Assembly: GCA_050273025.1 (NCBI GenBank)
Contig: CP158636.1
Location: 6,882,001 to 6,946,000 of the forward strand
Direction: 5' to 3'
DNA from: Cenococcum geophilum
Taxonomy: Eukaryota
Length of the DNA stretch: 64,000 nucleotides
The translations under genes and the position numbers were made by a program. Below, piece by piece: positions 35,476 through 45,987 of the stretch. The number at the start of each line of letters is the position of its first letter. Positions within the stretch are counted from its first letter, which is position 1. The notes below the pieces were generated by a model. That model was not told the DNA's origin, did not search any database, and saw nothing but the letters and a program-made list of their open reading frames with translations.

Positions 35476-37869
35476 TTAAGATCTAACTTATAACTAGTTC
35501 GGAGCACCGTCTAGAAGGCAGTCTAGATGGCACCTTAGGGGGAGATTCCCTATATACTTCCTTCGCATCTTATAGTTCTATTTCTTATATATTTCTTCTA
35601 TATTTTATAGTTCTATTAAAGCAATTACGGAGGCTGTATATAGGTGGTTTTATTTTTTAAGTACCGCTAGTATATAATTACAGCACCTGTACCAACCGCG
35701 TGCTTACGCGTTCGGTATACCAGGTACGCGTTTACGCGTTTAATGCACTAACCACTTGCTTACGCGTCTGGTGCACTTATAAAGCACTAACTAATTAGGG
35801 GGAGGCGCATTAGTATATAGACCACGTAGGCTGCTTTATACAATTGACAGTCACCATTATCCAAATAAGCATACGATACTACATGTATTTCGTGCCCGTG
35901 GATACAACTCACTCATACTATTAAGTTAGTACGAATACTAGCCTTATTAAGCTAGTAGATACAGACGCGTCCTAGGCGTATAATAGGACACCCTTAGGCT
36001 TATACTAGCTCTAAGATTATAAAGGAACGCGGTAAGGGCGTAGGGAACCTCTTTTTTAGGAGAACTTATTAAGGTTAACGCGTCGCAGATACCTTATATA
36101 AAACTTATTAAGGCCCTAAGGCCACCGTAAAGAACTTATTAAAGCCCTACCTAAAGAGCTTATTAAGGCTTCTCTATAAGGGCCTATCTAGTATTCGGTA
36201 TACCTAGGTAACTTAAAAAAGGGTTTTAATAGGCGTAATATGCGCGACCTAGATAATAGAGACGCGATAGCAATATAATAGTAATATAACGGCAACTAGA
36301 TGGCTTAACAAGGTAGAAATATAGGTAAAGCTCTAGGTAATGGAAATACAGGCTAGCTTTAACGGCCCTATAGCGTTTAACCTACGGTCGACCTACAGGT
36401 AACTTATAAGAGGGTTTTAATAAGTGTAGTATACGTAACCTAATGTATATATATAGGGGAGGCTCTAAGGAAATATAGGCCAGTTATATAAGAACTTAAC
36501 AGTTAAAGATATAGGCTAGCTTATAAAAAGGGGGGATATAAGCTTAGTTAGTAGGAGAGGGGGGAGTAGGTCGCCTAATACGGGACCTAGTATCTCTATA
36601 GTCCCCTTCTATAAGATATAGTCGGCCTATTATAAGGAGGCTTTTATAGGCAACGCGAAATGAGAGCTAGTAGTATATAGGGTATTACGCCCCTATATTA
36701 CTACTAGCCTCCTATAAGGCGTAGTGCGTAGTTAGCCACTGCTGGCTCTAGGGACCTTACCCCTTAACTAGGCTCTAACCCCTAGTGCACCTAATAGGTA
36801 GGTAGGATTACGTCCTAGCCAAAGAGATTACTACGTAGCTTAAGAGAACGGATACGCGTATTAGTATATTAATAAACGGAACCGTTTGTCTCTAGGGCGG
36901 TATACTAGTAAAATATACTTATAGAGTAAATAGGAGTTACTTAGGCGGGAGAGGCTTTAGCTAAACCTTAACCGTAAAAGGTATACCTAACTATATTACA
37001 GGATGTAGCTATAACGCCCTTATAGGACTACGCCAGTAAGCGCGTAAGACGGGAGTTATAACCCCTATAAATAGTAGCTTATACCTATACCGGTGGAAAT
37101 AATAAAGAAAGGCGTAAAACTAGAGGCTATAGAAGGCTCCTAAGCCATATAAAAGTGTACTAACTCTAAAAAGAAACTCTTATATAAACTGCTAGGGGGC
37201 GGACTAGTACTTGGGCTAATCCCATTATAAGATATTTATAAGAACTGGTAAAAATCTCTATACAATTAGTGGTGGTAGCTAACTGCTTATAGATTGGGAC
37301 TAAAGTACTAGAAAACTAGGATAGAGGTCTAGGTAAGTAGGTATATTAAACTCTACTATATTACTAGCTAATATATAACTACCTATCCTAAAGCAGCTAA
37401 ACTAGTACGTAAAGAAGATTCTATAAAAGAATAAAACAGATAGGATTCTAGAAGGAGGCAACTCCTACTAGGCTCTTAAAAAGATATTAGAGAGTAAAAG
37501 GACAGAAATAAATTGCAAAAGGATAGGGATAGGTATTAGGATTTCTTATAGTTTTTCCTACTGTTTTCTTATTCCCTAGTAGTTGTAGGAACTTAGGGTT
37601 TACTAAGGAACTATAAACTCCTAGTTTAGGAGTTTATAAACTACTAAGATATAGCTACTAGTATATATTAAGCTGCCTAGAAAGGATTTATATATATGGA
37701 ACTATAGCGTTATAGCCTAGAGGCTGCGTGTGCAGTATTATATATAGTATAATACAATTGGATATAAATAAAATAAAATAAACGGCTTTAAGCAGATAAA
37801 AAAGCTTTAAAAAAGTATATATATCTAAATATAAATCGTTAGTATTATAAGGTAAATCTTAGTTTAAAT

Positions 37870-38190
37870 ATAAACAGACTTTTTCTACTTTTAGAACTTA
37901 TGCTTAATAAGAGAAGTAGACTAAAGCTTCTGTTTTAACTTTACTTTTCCTTAATCCTTATAATACGTAATCCTCTACCATAAATATTCCCCCTTAAAAT
38001 TGGCGTCTTCCCTAGCTTTAGAGCTAGAGCTTAAATCTAAGTCTAAAGCTAGCTTAGAATAAGACGGCTTACCTAGTTTAAGGTTTAAGCTGGAGGCTAA
38101 ATCTATATTTCGCCATTTCTTACTTTAAGAGGGTATAGTAGTTAAACGCGTAGTGTTTTAGTGCTTTAGCAGCTACTGGTTACCTATATG
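37870..38190 (-). pseudogene. Fragment of an unidentified gene, Ser/Asp-rich N-terminal-like segment
   Basis: De-RIP SKK.RN.DSASSS...SDSDSSSSSEAGEDANFEGEYS.QRI.HYKDQGK.KSKQK.QSTSLIEHEFQKW; family assignment uncertain. Confidence 0.3.
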
Positions 38191-38699
38191 TAAAAGCTAG
38201 CTTAAGAGCAACTACTATTAATAGGAACGCTAAAAAAGGCTCTATAGGAGATAGGCGTTCTTAAAAGCGGGATAGGGTAAAAAAACACTATAAGTAGAAA
38301 CCTAGAAATTGAGTATTAAAAGTAAATAATATAATAGTAGGGGAAATATATATATATAGTTACTGCCGGAAAAGGGTTAAAAGGAGTGTAGTGTAAAAGG
38401 GAGGTTTTATTATATAAGGGTAGTGATTTTAGCGGAGGATAAGGATAAAGATAGGTGGAGAATAAGGATAAAAGTAGGCGGCGGACGTCTATAACTTCTT
38501 AAATAACGTTAGCCGCTAAGGGACGTTTAAGGAGCTTAAAGAGGTGCGTTATAGGGCTATACGCACGATTCTAGGTTTGGTAGGTGAGTAAGGGAGACCC
38601 TACTATCCTTAGTATGCTTAGTACGTTATAAAAGCGGCGACAGATATAGGTCTAAGCGAGGAAAAATTGCCTCCTAAAACGGGGGGTAGGAACCTCTAA

Positions 38700-39050
38700 A
38701 TCCGGCTATGTCTTCCCCAATAATAAGATTCTAAAAGTAATAAAAGAGGATATAAAGAAACTGCTTATATTAAATAACGTATTATTTAGGGGAAGTATAA
38801 TTATTATATTACTATTTAAGGAGCAATATACCCCTATAGTATACTATAAATATAAAAGGGTTAGATATAGGGCTAGAGACTATATATAACTTAATATATG
38901 CGAAATATATAGGCGGGAAGGCCATTTTTAGTATATAATGGTTAATTTATACTATATAAACTGCTAAGGTCCTTACTAAGCCTTATATCGTAAATGCCTA
39001 GTATAGAGAAAAGAGATAGATAGGATTTTTATATAATAGTGCTATAAATA
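38700..39050 (+). pseudogene. LINE-type ORF1 (gag-like) remnant with three zinc knuckles
   Basis: De-RIP CYKCKRVGHRARDC, CEICGREGH, CVNCQGPHQASHRECP at 38842-39000. Confidence 0.72.
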
Positions 39051-40149
39051 GAGAACTTATAAGGCATATTACTAGGGTATATAGTAGGGAGTAGGTAAGT
39101 ATAAGGGCGCAAAGAGACTTTGGGGAAGATTTAAAGAAATGATATAAATTCTATCTAAATCTAAGGTATATAGCTCTCGCTAAGAACAAGACGTTACGTA
39201 AAGAAGAGAAGGGAATAACAAGAGAATTATATAATTAAATAGTTAAGGGCTTAGTGGTCGATGCGTGCGTATATACGCACGCGGTCTTTAATAGATTTTA
39301 GTAAAATTTAATTAATTTAGTAGAATTTGGTTAAAGCGTTAGAATTTATCTATTAAGTATTTTACTAAGATATTCCTATTATAACTGGGCTAATCCCGTT
39401 ATAGTATCCCCCCTTTTAGCTGAAGGTCTAAATAATTTAATTTTAGTTAAGACTTATAACTTATTACGTGTTATATTTTCGCGTTAAGTAGCAGTATAGA
39501 GTTTTGCCAATTCTATTATTAAATAAGCTAATTAGGATTTTCCATCCCTAGGATAAAAAATCGTTATTAGTTTAGTTAAGGCGGTAAGCAGAACTAATAT
39601 CTTTATAGTAAGTCTTAGTAAGGCAGATCTAACTAATTAGATAACTTTAACCAGTGGTTAAAGTTTCTTAATATCTTATATATTACGTAATTGTATTATA
39701 AACGTTATAACGTATTTTAAGTTTTTTTTAATTTTAAGCTTCCTGCTATTGTGTTTCGTGTATTTATATTAGGTAGTAGTTATTTACCTCTATATTACGT
39801 CCATTTAGCTAAAGTAGGCCGCGAAGGATAGTTTTTATAGAATTCTTTTACTAAGGAAGGCGCGTCGGCCTTAATATAGTTATAGGTTTCCTAGGTTTAT
39901 ATTTTATATCCTTTTTACTTAATAAGAAGTTTAAATTATTTAGATTATGTTTTCTATTATATCTATCTATCGCAGTCACGTAAGGGGATATTTAATTTTT
40001 ATATAATTAGGAGGCGTAGGGCTATAAGGTCGCTCTAGGGCTAGTTCTTAATAGTTTTGCTAGTTCCTAGCACTTAAATCTACTAAGGATTTGCCCTAAA
40101 GCGGCTAGATATCCCTAAGCGAAGCTCCTGCGCCTAATAAGACATTACC

Positions 40150-40285
40150 GTATTCTACCATATTCTGCCATATTATTATATTCTGCCAAATTCTGCTACC
40201 TTATTATATTCTGCCAAATTCTGCTATATTATCGCATTCTGCCAAGTTCTGCCATATTATTATATTCTGCTATATTCTGCCAACC
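40150..40285 (+). repeat. Degenerate tandem array of TTCTGCCA(A/T)A-type decamers
   Basis: About ten units visible; the same unit occurs at 2142-2167, 7789-7825 and 8116-8140. Confidence 0.8.
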
Positions 40286-40429
40286 CTAAGTTATAAGCCA
40301 ACTAATTAGGATTTTCTATGCCCGGCATAGAAAATCGCTATTAGCTCGCTTACCACTAGCGCCTTAACGGCCCCCTTAATATCTTAACCTACTACCTAGT
40401 AATCCTTACGCTAAGAGCGGTACACCACA

Positions 40430-41480
40430 CTAGAAGTAAGAGTTAAGGCGATAAAGGTTAGTAGTCTTAGTCCTAATATATAGGCGAAAGGCTTCTAATA
40501 ACCATTAACCTAGCTGCTAAATTTACTAATATAAACACCCTAAATCTTTAGCAAACTAGGCAGTGCCCTAGTAGAAGGAGTAGTTTAAGTAACTACTTAG
40601 GTTAATCCTAGCAGCTACTAAACAGGAGGAAAGAATCTTGCGAACCCCTAGAGAGGCAAAGGGTTTACCATTAAAACTAAATAAGGGAGAGTTAAGGGGT
40701 TAAGGGTCCCTATTAAACAGCTTCGTTATAGCAGCGACTAGGTATAATAGGCCGCCTACCGCCATAATAGCAACGTTAACGCCCTAGTATTACTTGTCGG
40801 CTTTACTCTATTTAAGGCGGAATATCATCCCACTAGGCGTAAAGGTGATATCGTATCAAGTAGCCTTTTTCGCTAGGAAGGTCGTTTGGTTCTTAAGCTC
40901 CGCCATAGTATATATAATCTCGCCCATTTATAGAAATCTAGCAAATACAAGGGTAAATACGGCATTAGTGTTGACATCCGGTAGTAATAGGCCGTGTATT
41001 ACTACCTGGGCTAGAATATCCCTAGTAATAGGTTACTTATCCTTTTTTACTAAGGGAAAGATAGCGGCTGCTTTGGCGAGTAATTAGTGTACTATAGAAT
41101 CCTTAAATGCTGTAATTAAGATGCTGTAATCCACGTGGCGCGAGCAAATTGCGGAGATATAGGCTTGTAAGGTTTTAGCCTTAAGCCTACCTATCTATAG
41201 CTAGGAGGTACTAAACGCGTAGCGGGCAATCCATTCGCCTAGTTTACGCGGCTTAGCTAGGTAGGGGGAGACTCCTTTAAGTACGCAGTATAACTCCCAG
41301 CTGTTAACTGCTAAGGAATAGTTCCTATGGGTTACTAGCGCAAGGCTATTTTAAAAAAGGAGTGTATAGAGGTCGGATAGCGCGTTAATATTATCTTTAA
41401 AGTTTATAGGCGGTTATAAGTAGTCCGTTAGGATTACGGCACCTATTAAAAACTTATTAGCTTTAGTAGTAATAAATTAA
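40430..41480 (-). pseudogene. Tyrosine recombinase of the YR retroelement
   Basis: De-RIP GLAP.T.RNYSSA..., LAFAGFLRMGE, LKRSKADK, LCPVAA, HSFRRG.A, IQQLGRW..EAFRLY (R-K-H-R-W-Y catalytic set). Confidence 0.9.
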
Positions 41481-43160
41481 GGGCTTAGTATAGGCAGAAC
41501 TAATAGATAGCCGCGGCCTAAAATTAAGATAGTATATTAGCTAAGCCATTCGAATCACCTGGGATCCACTTCGCGGATATTATAATATTATAAGCTATAG
41601 TAGCCAGCATAATCTTACGGAGTGATTCGTTTACTACGCCACGAATAATAGTCTTCTTAATGCCCTGGTAAACCACTATGCTATTAGTGTAAATAGATAG
41701 CGCGCTATACTGCTAGTTAGTAGACTATAGATTAAATGCGTAAGTAATAGCATGCATCTCTTTCGGATTAATATAGTCTACTTATTAACTAGGCTTAGGC
41801 AATATACTAAACACCTAAGATTAAAGGAGGTTGGCTATATACTACTGCCAGTTATCCTTATATTTAAGTTCCTTAAAAAAGTAAAAGCTGCCAAACCTAA
41901 ACTAGGTAGAGGCGTTAGTAAAGAGATAAATATAGGTACGCTTAATGTCGTTAAAGAACAATACCCTATTACTTATAGTAAGTAGGTTAAGCTAGACACA
42001 TAAGTCACTTCGTAACTTAGTGCTAAATCGCCTAGGTTTATACTTATTTACTAGAGTCTCCGGCTAAGTAGTAATAAAGATTTAAAGGGATCTAGAGTAA
42101 GATTAACTAAGTTTAATTATATAGGCGCACTATATAAGGTAGCCCGTAAGCTACTAGGCTTAAAGGAACAATAATAAGCCGTATTAGAGTGTGGTAGTAA
42201 CTTTCTTAATAGCACGTAATTGTTTCTATAGTGATAATCACGTTTATATTTATATGGTGTTAATAGTATATCCTAAAACTTTAATAATAGTTCCTACTAT
42301 ATCTTTAGAGCCGTTTTAAGGGATACCTAGGGAGTTAATAACAGAGATATAAGTCTGGGTGATAGCTGCTAAGTTATTTGGGTTAGTAAGAATAAAGATA
42401 AAATTATCTAGGTAGTATTCTACCTTGTAAGGTAGTTATAAATAGAGTATCTAGTGTAGGCCTTCCGCGAAGAGGTTAAATATAAGCGGCGCAGTTTAAA
42501 GACTAAAGGATAGACAGCATTTCTAGTAGGTAACACCTTCCTAGAAGAAGCCTATTAATGTTCTTACCCTATAAAATAGGGGAACTATACGGAACGCGTC
42601 TTTAATATCTCTTTTAAGCAGCAGATATCTATAACTTGCAGAAATAACGTAAGCTTAAATAGCGGTAACTATAGTGTATACTAGTGCTCCATATTCTTCT
42701 AGGATTGCGTTATTAACTAAAGATGCTAGTAGAAAGGAGAGATCGTAAATTCGGCGGTATCCTCTATCCGATTTTGGCACTAGGCTAAGAGGTAAGACTA
42801 TAATAGGCCCTATTGCAATTCTAATATATCCTTTTTTGAGGTCTAATATTATCTTCTTAGAGATAAGGTTAGCATTATCCTAAAAGGAGTTATAGTTCCT
42901 ATAAGATCTTAGGGTAGGGATAGACTTGGCTCCTATCTCGCAGCTATAGGTTAAGATGCCTACTAAAATGGCTAGTAGATTGCCTAGGTAGTTAGATAGA
43001 AGGGAGTGCCACGCTAAGATCCTTAGGGGTGATAGAGAGTAGTAAAGAGCCTTCGCCTCTATAAAGGTAGGGAATAATAGTAATATATTAGGCCTAGGTC
43101 CTAGGCGTATAATTAAAGTTAGTATTATTATTAGGCTAGACCCTACTTTATAAGGTTCGC
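41450..43160 (-). pseudogene. RT-RNase H of the YR retroelement
   Basis: De-RIP SPLGLVPKSDGGYRRIHDLSFP, KRDIKDAFR, LSFGLRTAPLIF, HYLDDFIFI, FTDAS, HINPKEM, WIPGDSNGLAD.LSR. Confidence 0.92.
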
Positions 43161-43164
43161 CTTA

Positions 43165-45987
43165 CTATTTCTAGGCACAAGCTTTAGATAATACAGTATA
43201 ATCTTTATTACACTTTAAGCACTTATACGGGTATTTACAAGCTATATTATCGCAACCTCTACTATTAAACCTACGGCAGGTATTAAAGGTATAGGAGGTA
43301 TCTAACCTAGGTCTCTTTAAGGCGGCAAAGCCGATAGCACTAAATATTGTAAGGTATAGCGCTATATACTAGGCTAGCATTTACCAATTAGCGGGCTCTA
43401 GTTGGCCATTGGTTATTATAAAGGTATAATAGTTAAGTACTAAATTAAGTATACAACTTACCTAGATATACTAGGTTAATAAGGTATAAATTATGTTTAT
43501 TTAGAGAAGTATACTAGTAATAAGGTCTAGCGGGCATATATAAAGGGTGCTAGTAATAACTATATAGTTAGTAAAACCTTTAAACTAGACGCCTTTATCT
43601 ATAAATAGCTTCCTATCTACCTTTACCTTCCTTATAACCAGAGTACCATTCTTAATTTATATCTCGTCGGCGATCTTAATTTAAGCGGTATAGACTTAAA
43701 AACGGGCGAGGTTTACTAGATTAAAGGTACCCTTAAAAATATCTAGGTAATCCCTTTTTATAACGCCAGGAAGGCGAAGTTTAAGCGACTTTACGCTAGG
43801 AGGGAGAGGCTCACCAAGGACATTAGCTATAGTAGCTATTATAGTGGCCTGTAAGGCTAAAGCGGCCAAGCCTAACTATAATTAAGCCATTTAAGCTAGG
43901 TGGTATTTATACTAGCGAGCCTCCTCCGCTAGGCGGGCTTTACGCTCTTCCTTACCCGTGCCGCTGTCGCGATCTACTTACCTCGTTACCGAGGTAAGTT
44001 CCGGCCAGCTCAACGAGTAGAGCCCACCTCAACGTTAGATTTGCTAAGACCATGATTTTAAAGCCGCAGAACTCTACTAAAAAGTTAAATATTTAGAATT
44101 TTGTGGTATAGTACTGGTTTCTTAATAGAAGGAGTCTCTATATATAATAGGTTAAGGCTTTGGCCGCCTTATGGCGTCCTAATAAAGCTACTTTATAGTT
44201 GCCCGTTTCTTCCTTAGTAATGCACGTGTAGCTTTTAGAGCCTCCTCCTGCTCGCGCTTTTGTACAATTGACCGTATATTTACTGCGTATATAACCCCTC
44301 CCTTCTGTATAACCTTTCTATTACTTTTTTGGCGTTGCCGACGAGCTCTAGTAACTGCTTATGTATTTATAAGCTCGCGTTTGGCTTGCAGTTATATATA
44401 TATATTTACCAAACTACCTCTTACGAATTTTATAAAGATATCCATAGCCTCCTTATTATCTTTGTATACCTCCTAAGCTAGCAGTAAAACTTTCTTCTAA
44501 ACTATATGTAAAGATCTTGGTGTATATAGTGTAGATAATAGCTTATAAGGTGGTGGAGGGGGGGGGTAGTAGGATGCGCCTTATGTATAGAATTAAGGAC
44601 GATTTAAGGGTTATAAGGAATAAGGCCTGCCTGCTAGAAGGCTAATTTAATTATACTTAATTTAAATATTTAGCGACGAATTAATTTAATCGCGTAAAGG
44701 AATTTAACTTTATTAAAGTTAGTACAGCCTATCCGTGTCGCTTACTTAACTACCTTACTATAGTGGTATTTATACGGCTAAAATATAATAACATTAAGAG
44801 GCTATAAAAGGTGGCTTATATACGGAGGTAAGGTAAATAGTATAATCTTTTAATTATCGCAATACTTAATAAACTCCTTTATAAGGTAAGAGCCGTAGCC
44901 ATTAAAAATTAGGAGCCTATATGCACCTAGCTAGCGCTAAGAGCTATATACGTTAAAGTGCTTAAGCTAATTAAAAGCTAATTTATTATTTAAATAGCCT
45001 ATTTCTAATAGGCCTAATAGATAGTAGTTAGGAAGGGCTGAATTCTTAAACTACTAGTAGAGGAACTATGCGCCCGTAAGTATAATTATAGGTAATAGAT
45101 TAACTCCGTTACTATTTATCGTTTCTATTATAGTAACTAGCTCGTAATTTATATCCGTAAAGATATAAGCTTTTTAATAAGGCTCCCTTATAATCTACTA
45201 GTTTTTACTAATACTAACGCGGAATCCTAACTTATTAAAGTTATATATATCCGTAGGCATAACTATATACTTAATTATAACGTCGCGGTATTAATAAAAC
45301 TACGCCTTAATATCCTTCGGCTCGTATACCGCTGTGCGCTTAAGCTCTATTATCTTCTACCTACGCTTATAGTACTCTAGGTGGCGGCTAAGCTAGCGTT
45401 TAACAAAGTAAGAGCTAATAGAAGGTAGTAGCTAATCTAGATCTTTGTTAGCTTAATTTAAGATCTAATTTACTACAGAACGTATTATTAGTAGTTAAGC
45501 GGCGGTATATAAGGAATCTAAGCGATTAATATAGCTATGAAGAGCAAGGTCTTAATTGTTAGTAAGCCTTTTATCTGCTGCAGGCCTCTCGTAACGCGAT
45601 TAACGTCCTTTTAACTAAGCGCGAAGGCGTGATTTAGGAACACCATGTTAGCGCGCAGCCTCTATAATATTGGGCTTAGTAGACTCTTAGAGTTCTTTAA
45701 GAGCCTCCTAGATCTTATTTTCGACGCGAATATACTTAGTAGTTATGGCGTTAATAATATATAATAAGAATATTGATAGTATTTAGGTGTCTTGGCAAAT
45801 CTGACGTTGAGGTGGGCTCTACTCGTTGAGCCGGCCGGCACTTACCTCGGTAATGAGGTAAGTGGATCGCGATAGCGGCACGGGTATACTTCTAAATCTC
45901 CCTTTTATCTCAGGCTTATTCCCTTTACTCTTTAGCAATTTCGCGCTCTTCTATAGTAGCAGCGCGTATATTAGCCTTAGATGGCAT
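43165..45987 (-). pseudogene. gag-like ORF1 of the YR retroelement, split by Fot1
   Basis: ATG 45987; coiled-coil N-terminus rejoins in frame across the Fot1 site; C-terminal CRRFNS.GCDN.ACKYPHKC.KCNKDH. Confidence 0.8.
43955..45884 (-). mobile_element. Fot1/pogo (Tc1-mariner superfamily) DNA transposon, 1.93 kb
   Basis: TIRs of about 95 bp starting CCCGTGCCGC; TA TSD; transposase relic about 44079-45746 with RLLIFDGHGSH and LPPHTSHLLQPLDV. Confidence 0.95.

Larger units (their letters stand above)
21133..35937 (+). mobile_element. Ty1/Copia (GalEa-like) LTR retrotransposon 'C1', interrupted by a MITE and Gypsy A'
   Basis: 267-bp LTRs 21133-21399 and 35671-35937; TSD CTAGC; CTAATTAGT directly after the 5' LTR; integrase precedes RT. 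Confidence 0.95.
20807..37777 (+). mobile_element. Non-LTR retroposon 'L2', about 2.2 kb net (20807-21132 plus 35943-37777), apparently non-autonomous, split by Copia C1
   Basis: TSD (AT)AAACGGCTT at 20796-20806 and 37778-37788; (AAAAT)n tail; 3' end homologous to L1; no RT/APE motif recognised by eye. Confidence 0.85.
19973..37810 (+). pseudogene. C-terminal part of a CryptonF-type protein (NDC10_II-like region plus GCR1_C domain); coding pieces 19973-20806 and 37789-about 37810
   Basis: De-RIP REVILQDSVVL..FPSSPIWNHPVFQH..AY.PFA and PP.Y.M.R.VKSVQA.WREWTEGLGGNPS.AALDSKWGNRW.AG.QNELQWYSLRLEVIK.I; LCKRL continues as RADKK after the L2 insertion. Confidence 0.8.

Noticed and set aside
36221..36444. 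TTAATAAG/TTAATAGG repeats as hammerhead cores in L2
   Set aside because: They are followed by GTAA or GACC rather than GAAA, and stems I and III could not be built.
37212..37229. TGGGCTAATCCC(A/G)TTATA shared with the end of LTR E (39386-39403)
   Set aside because: Similarity does not extend, and there is no TSD or PPT; treated as coincidence.
39971..39980. GCA-GTC as a hairpin-ribozyme cleavage site in the YR element termini
   Set aside because: The partner strand pairs fully, with no AGAA loop A and no convincing loop B.
40130..40145. CTAATAAG as a RIPed hammerhead core (CTGATGAG) after a long stem
   Set aside because: No UH cleavage triplet at the base of the stem and no correctly placed GAAA or stem II.
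40150..40285. Decamer array as a CRISPR-like or telomeric repeat
   Set aside because: No unique spacers and not TTAGGG; it is a degenerate tandem repeat also found in Gypsy B.
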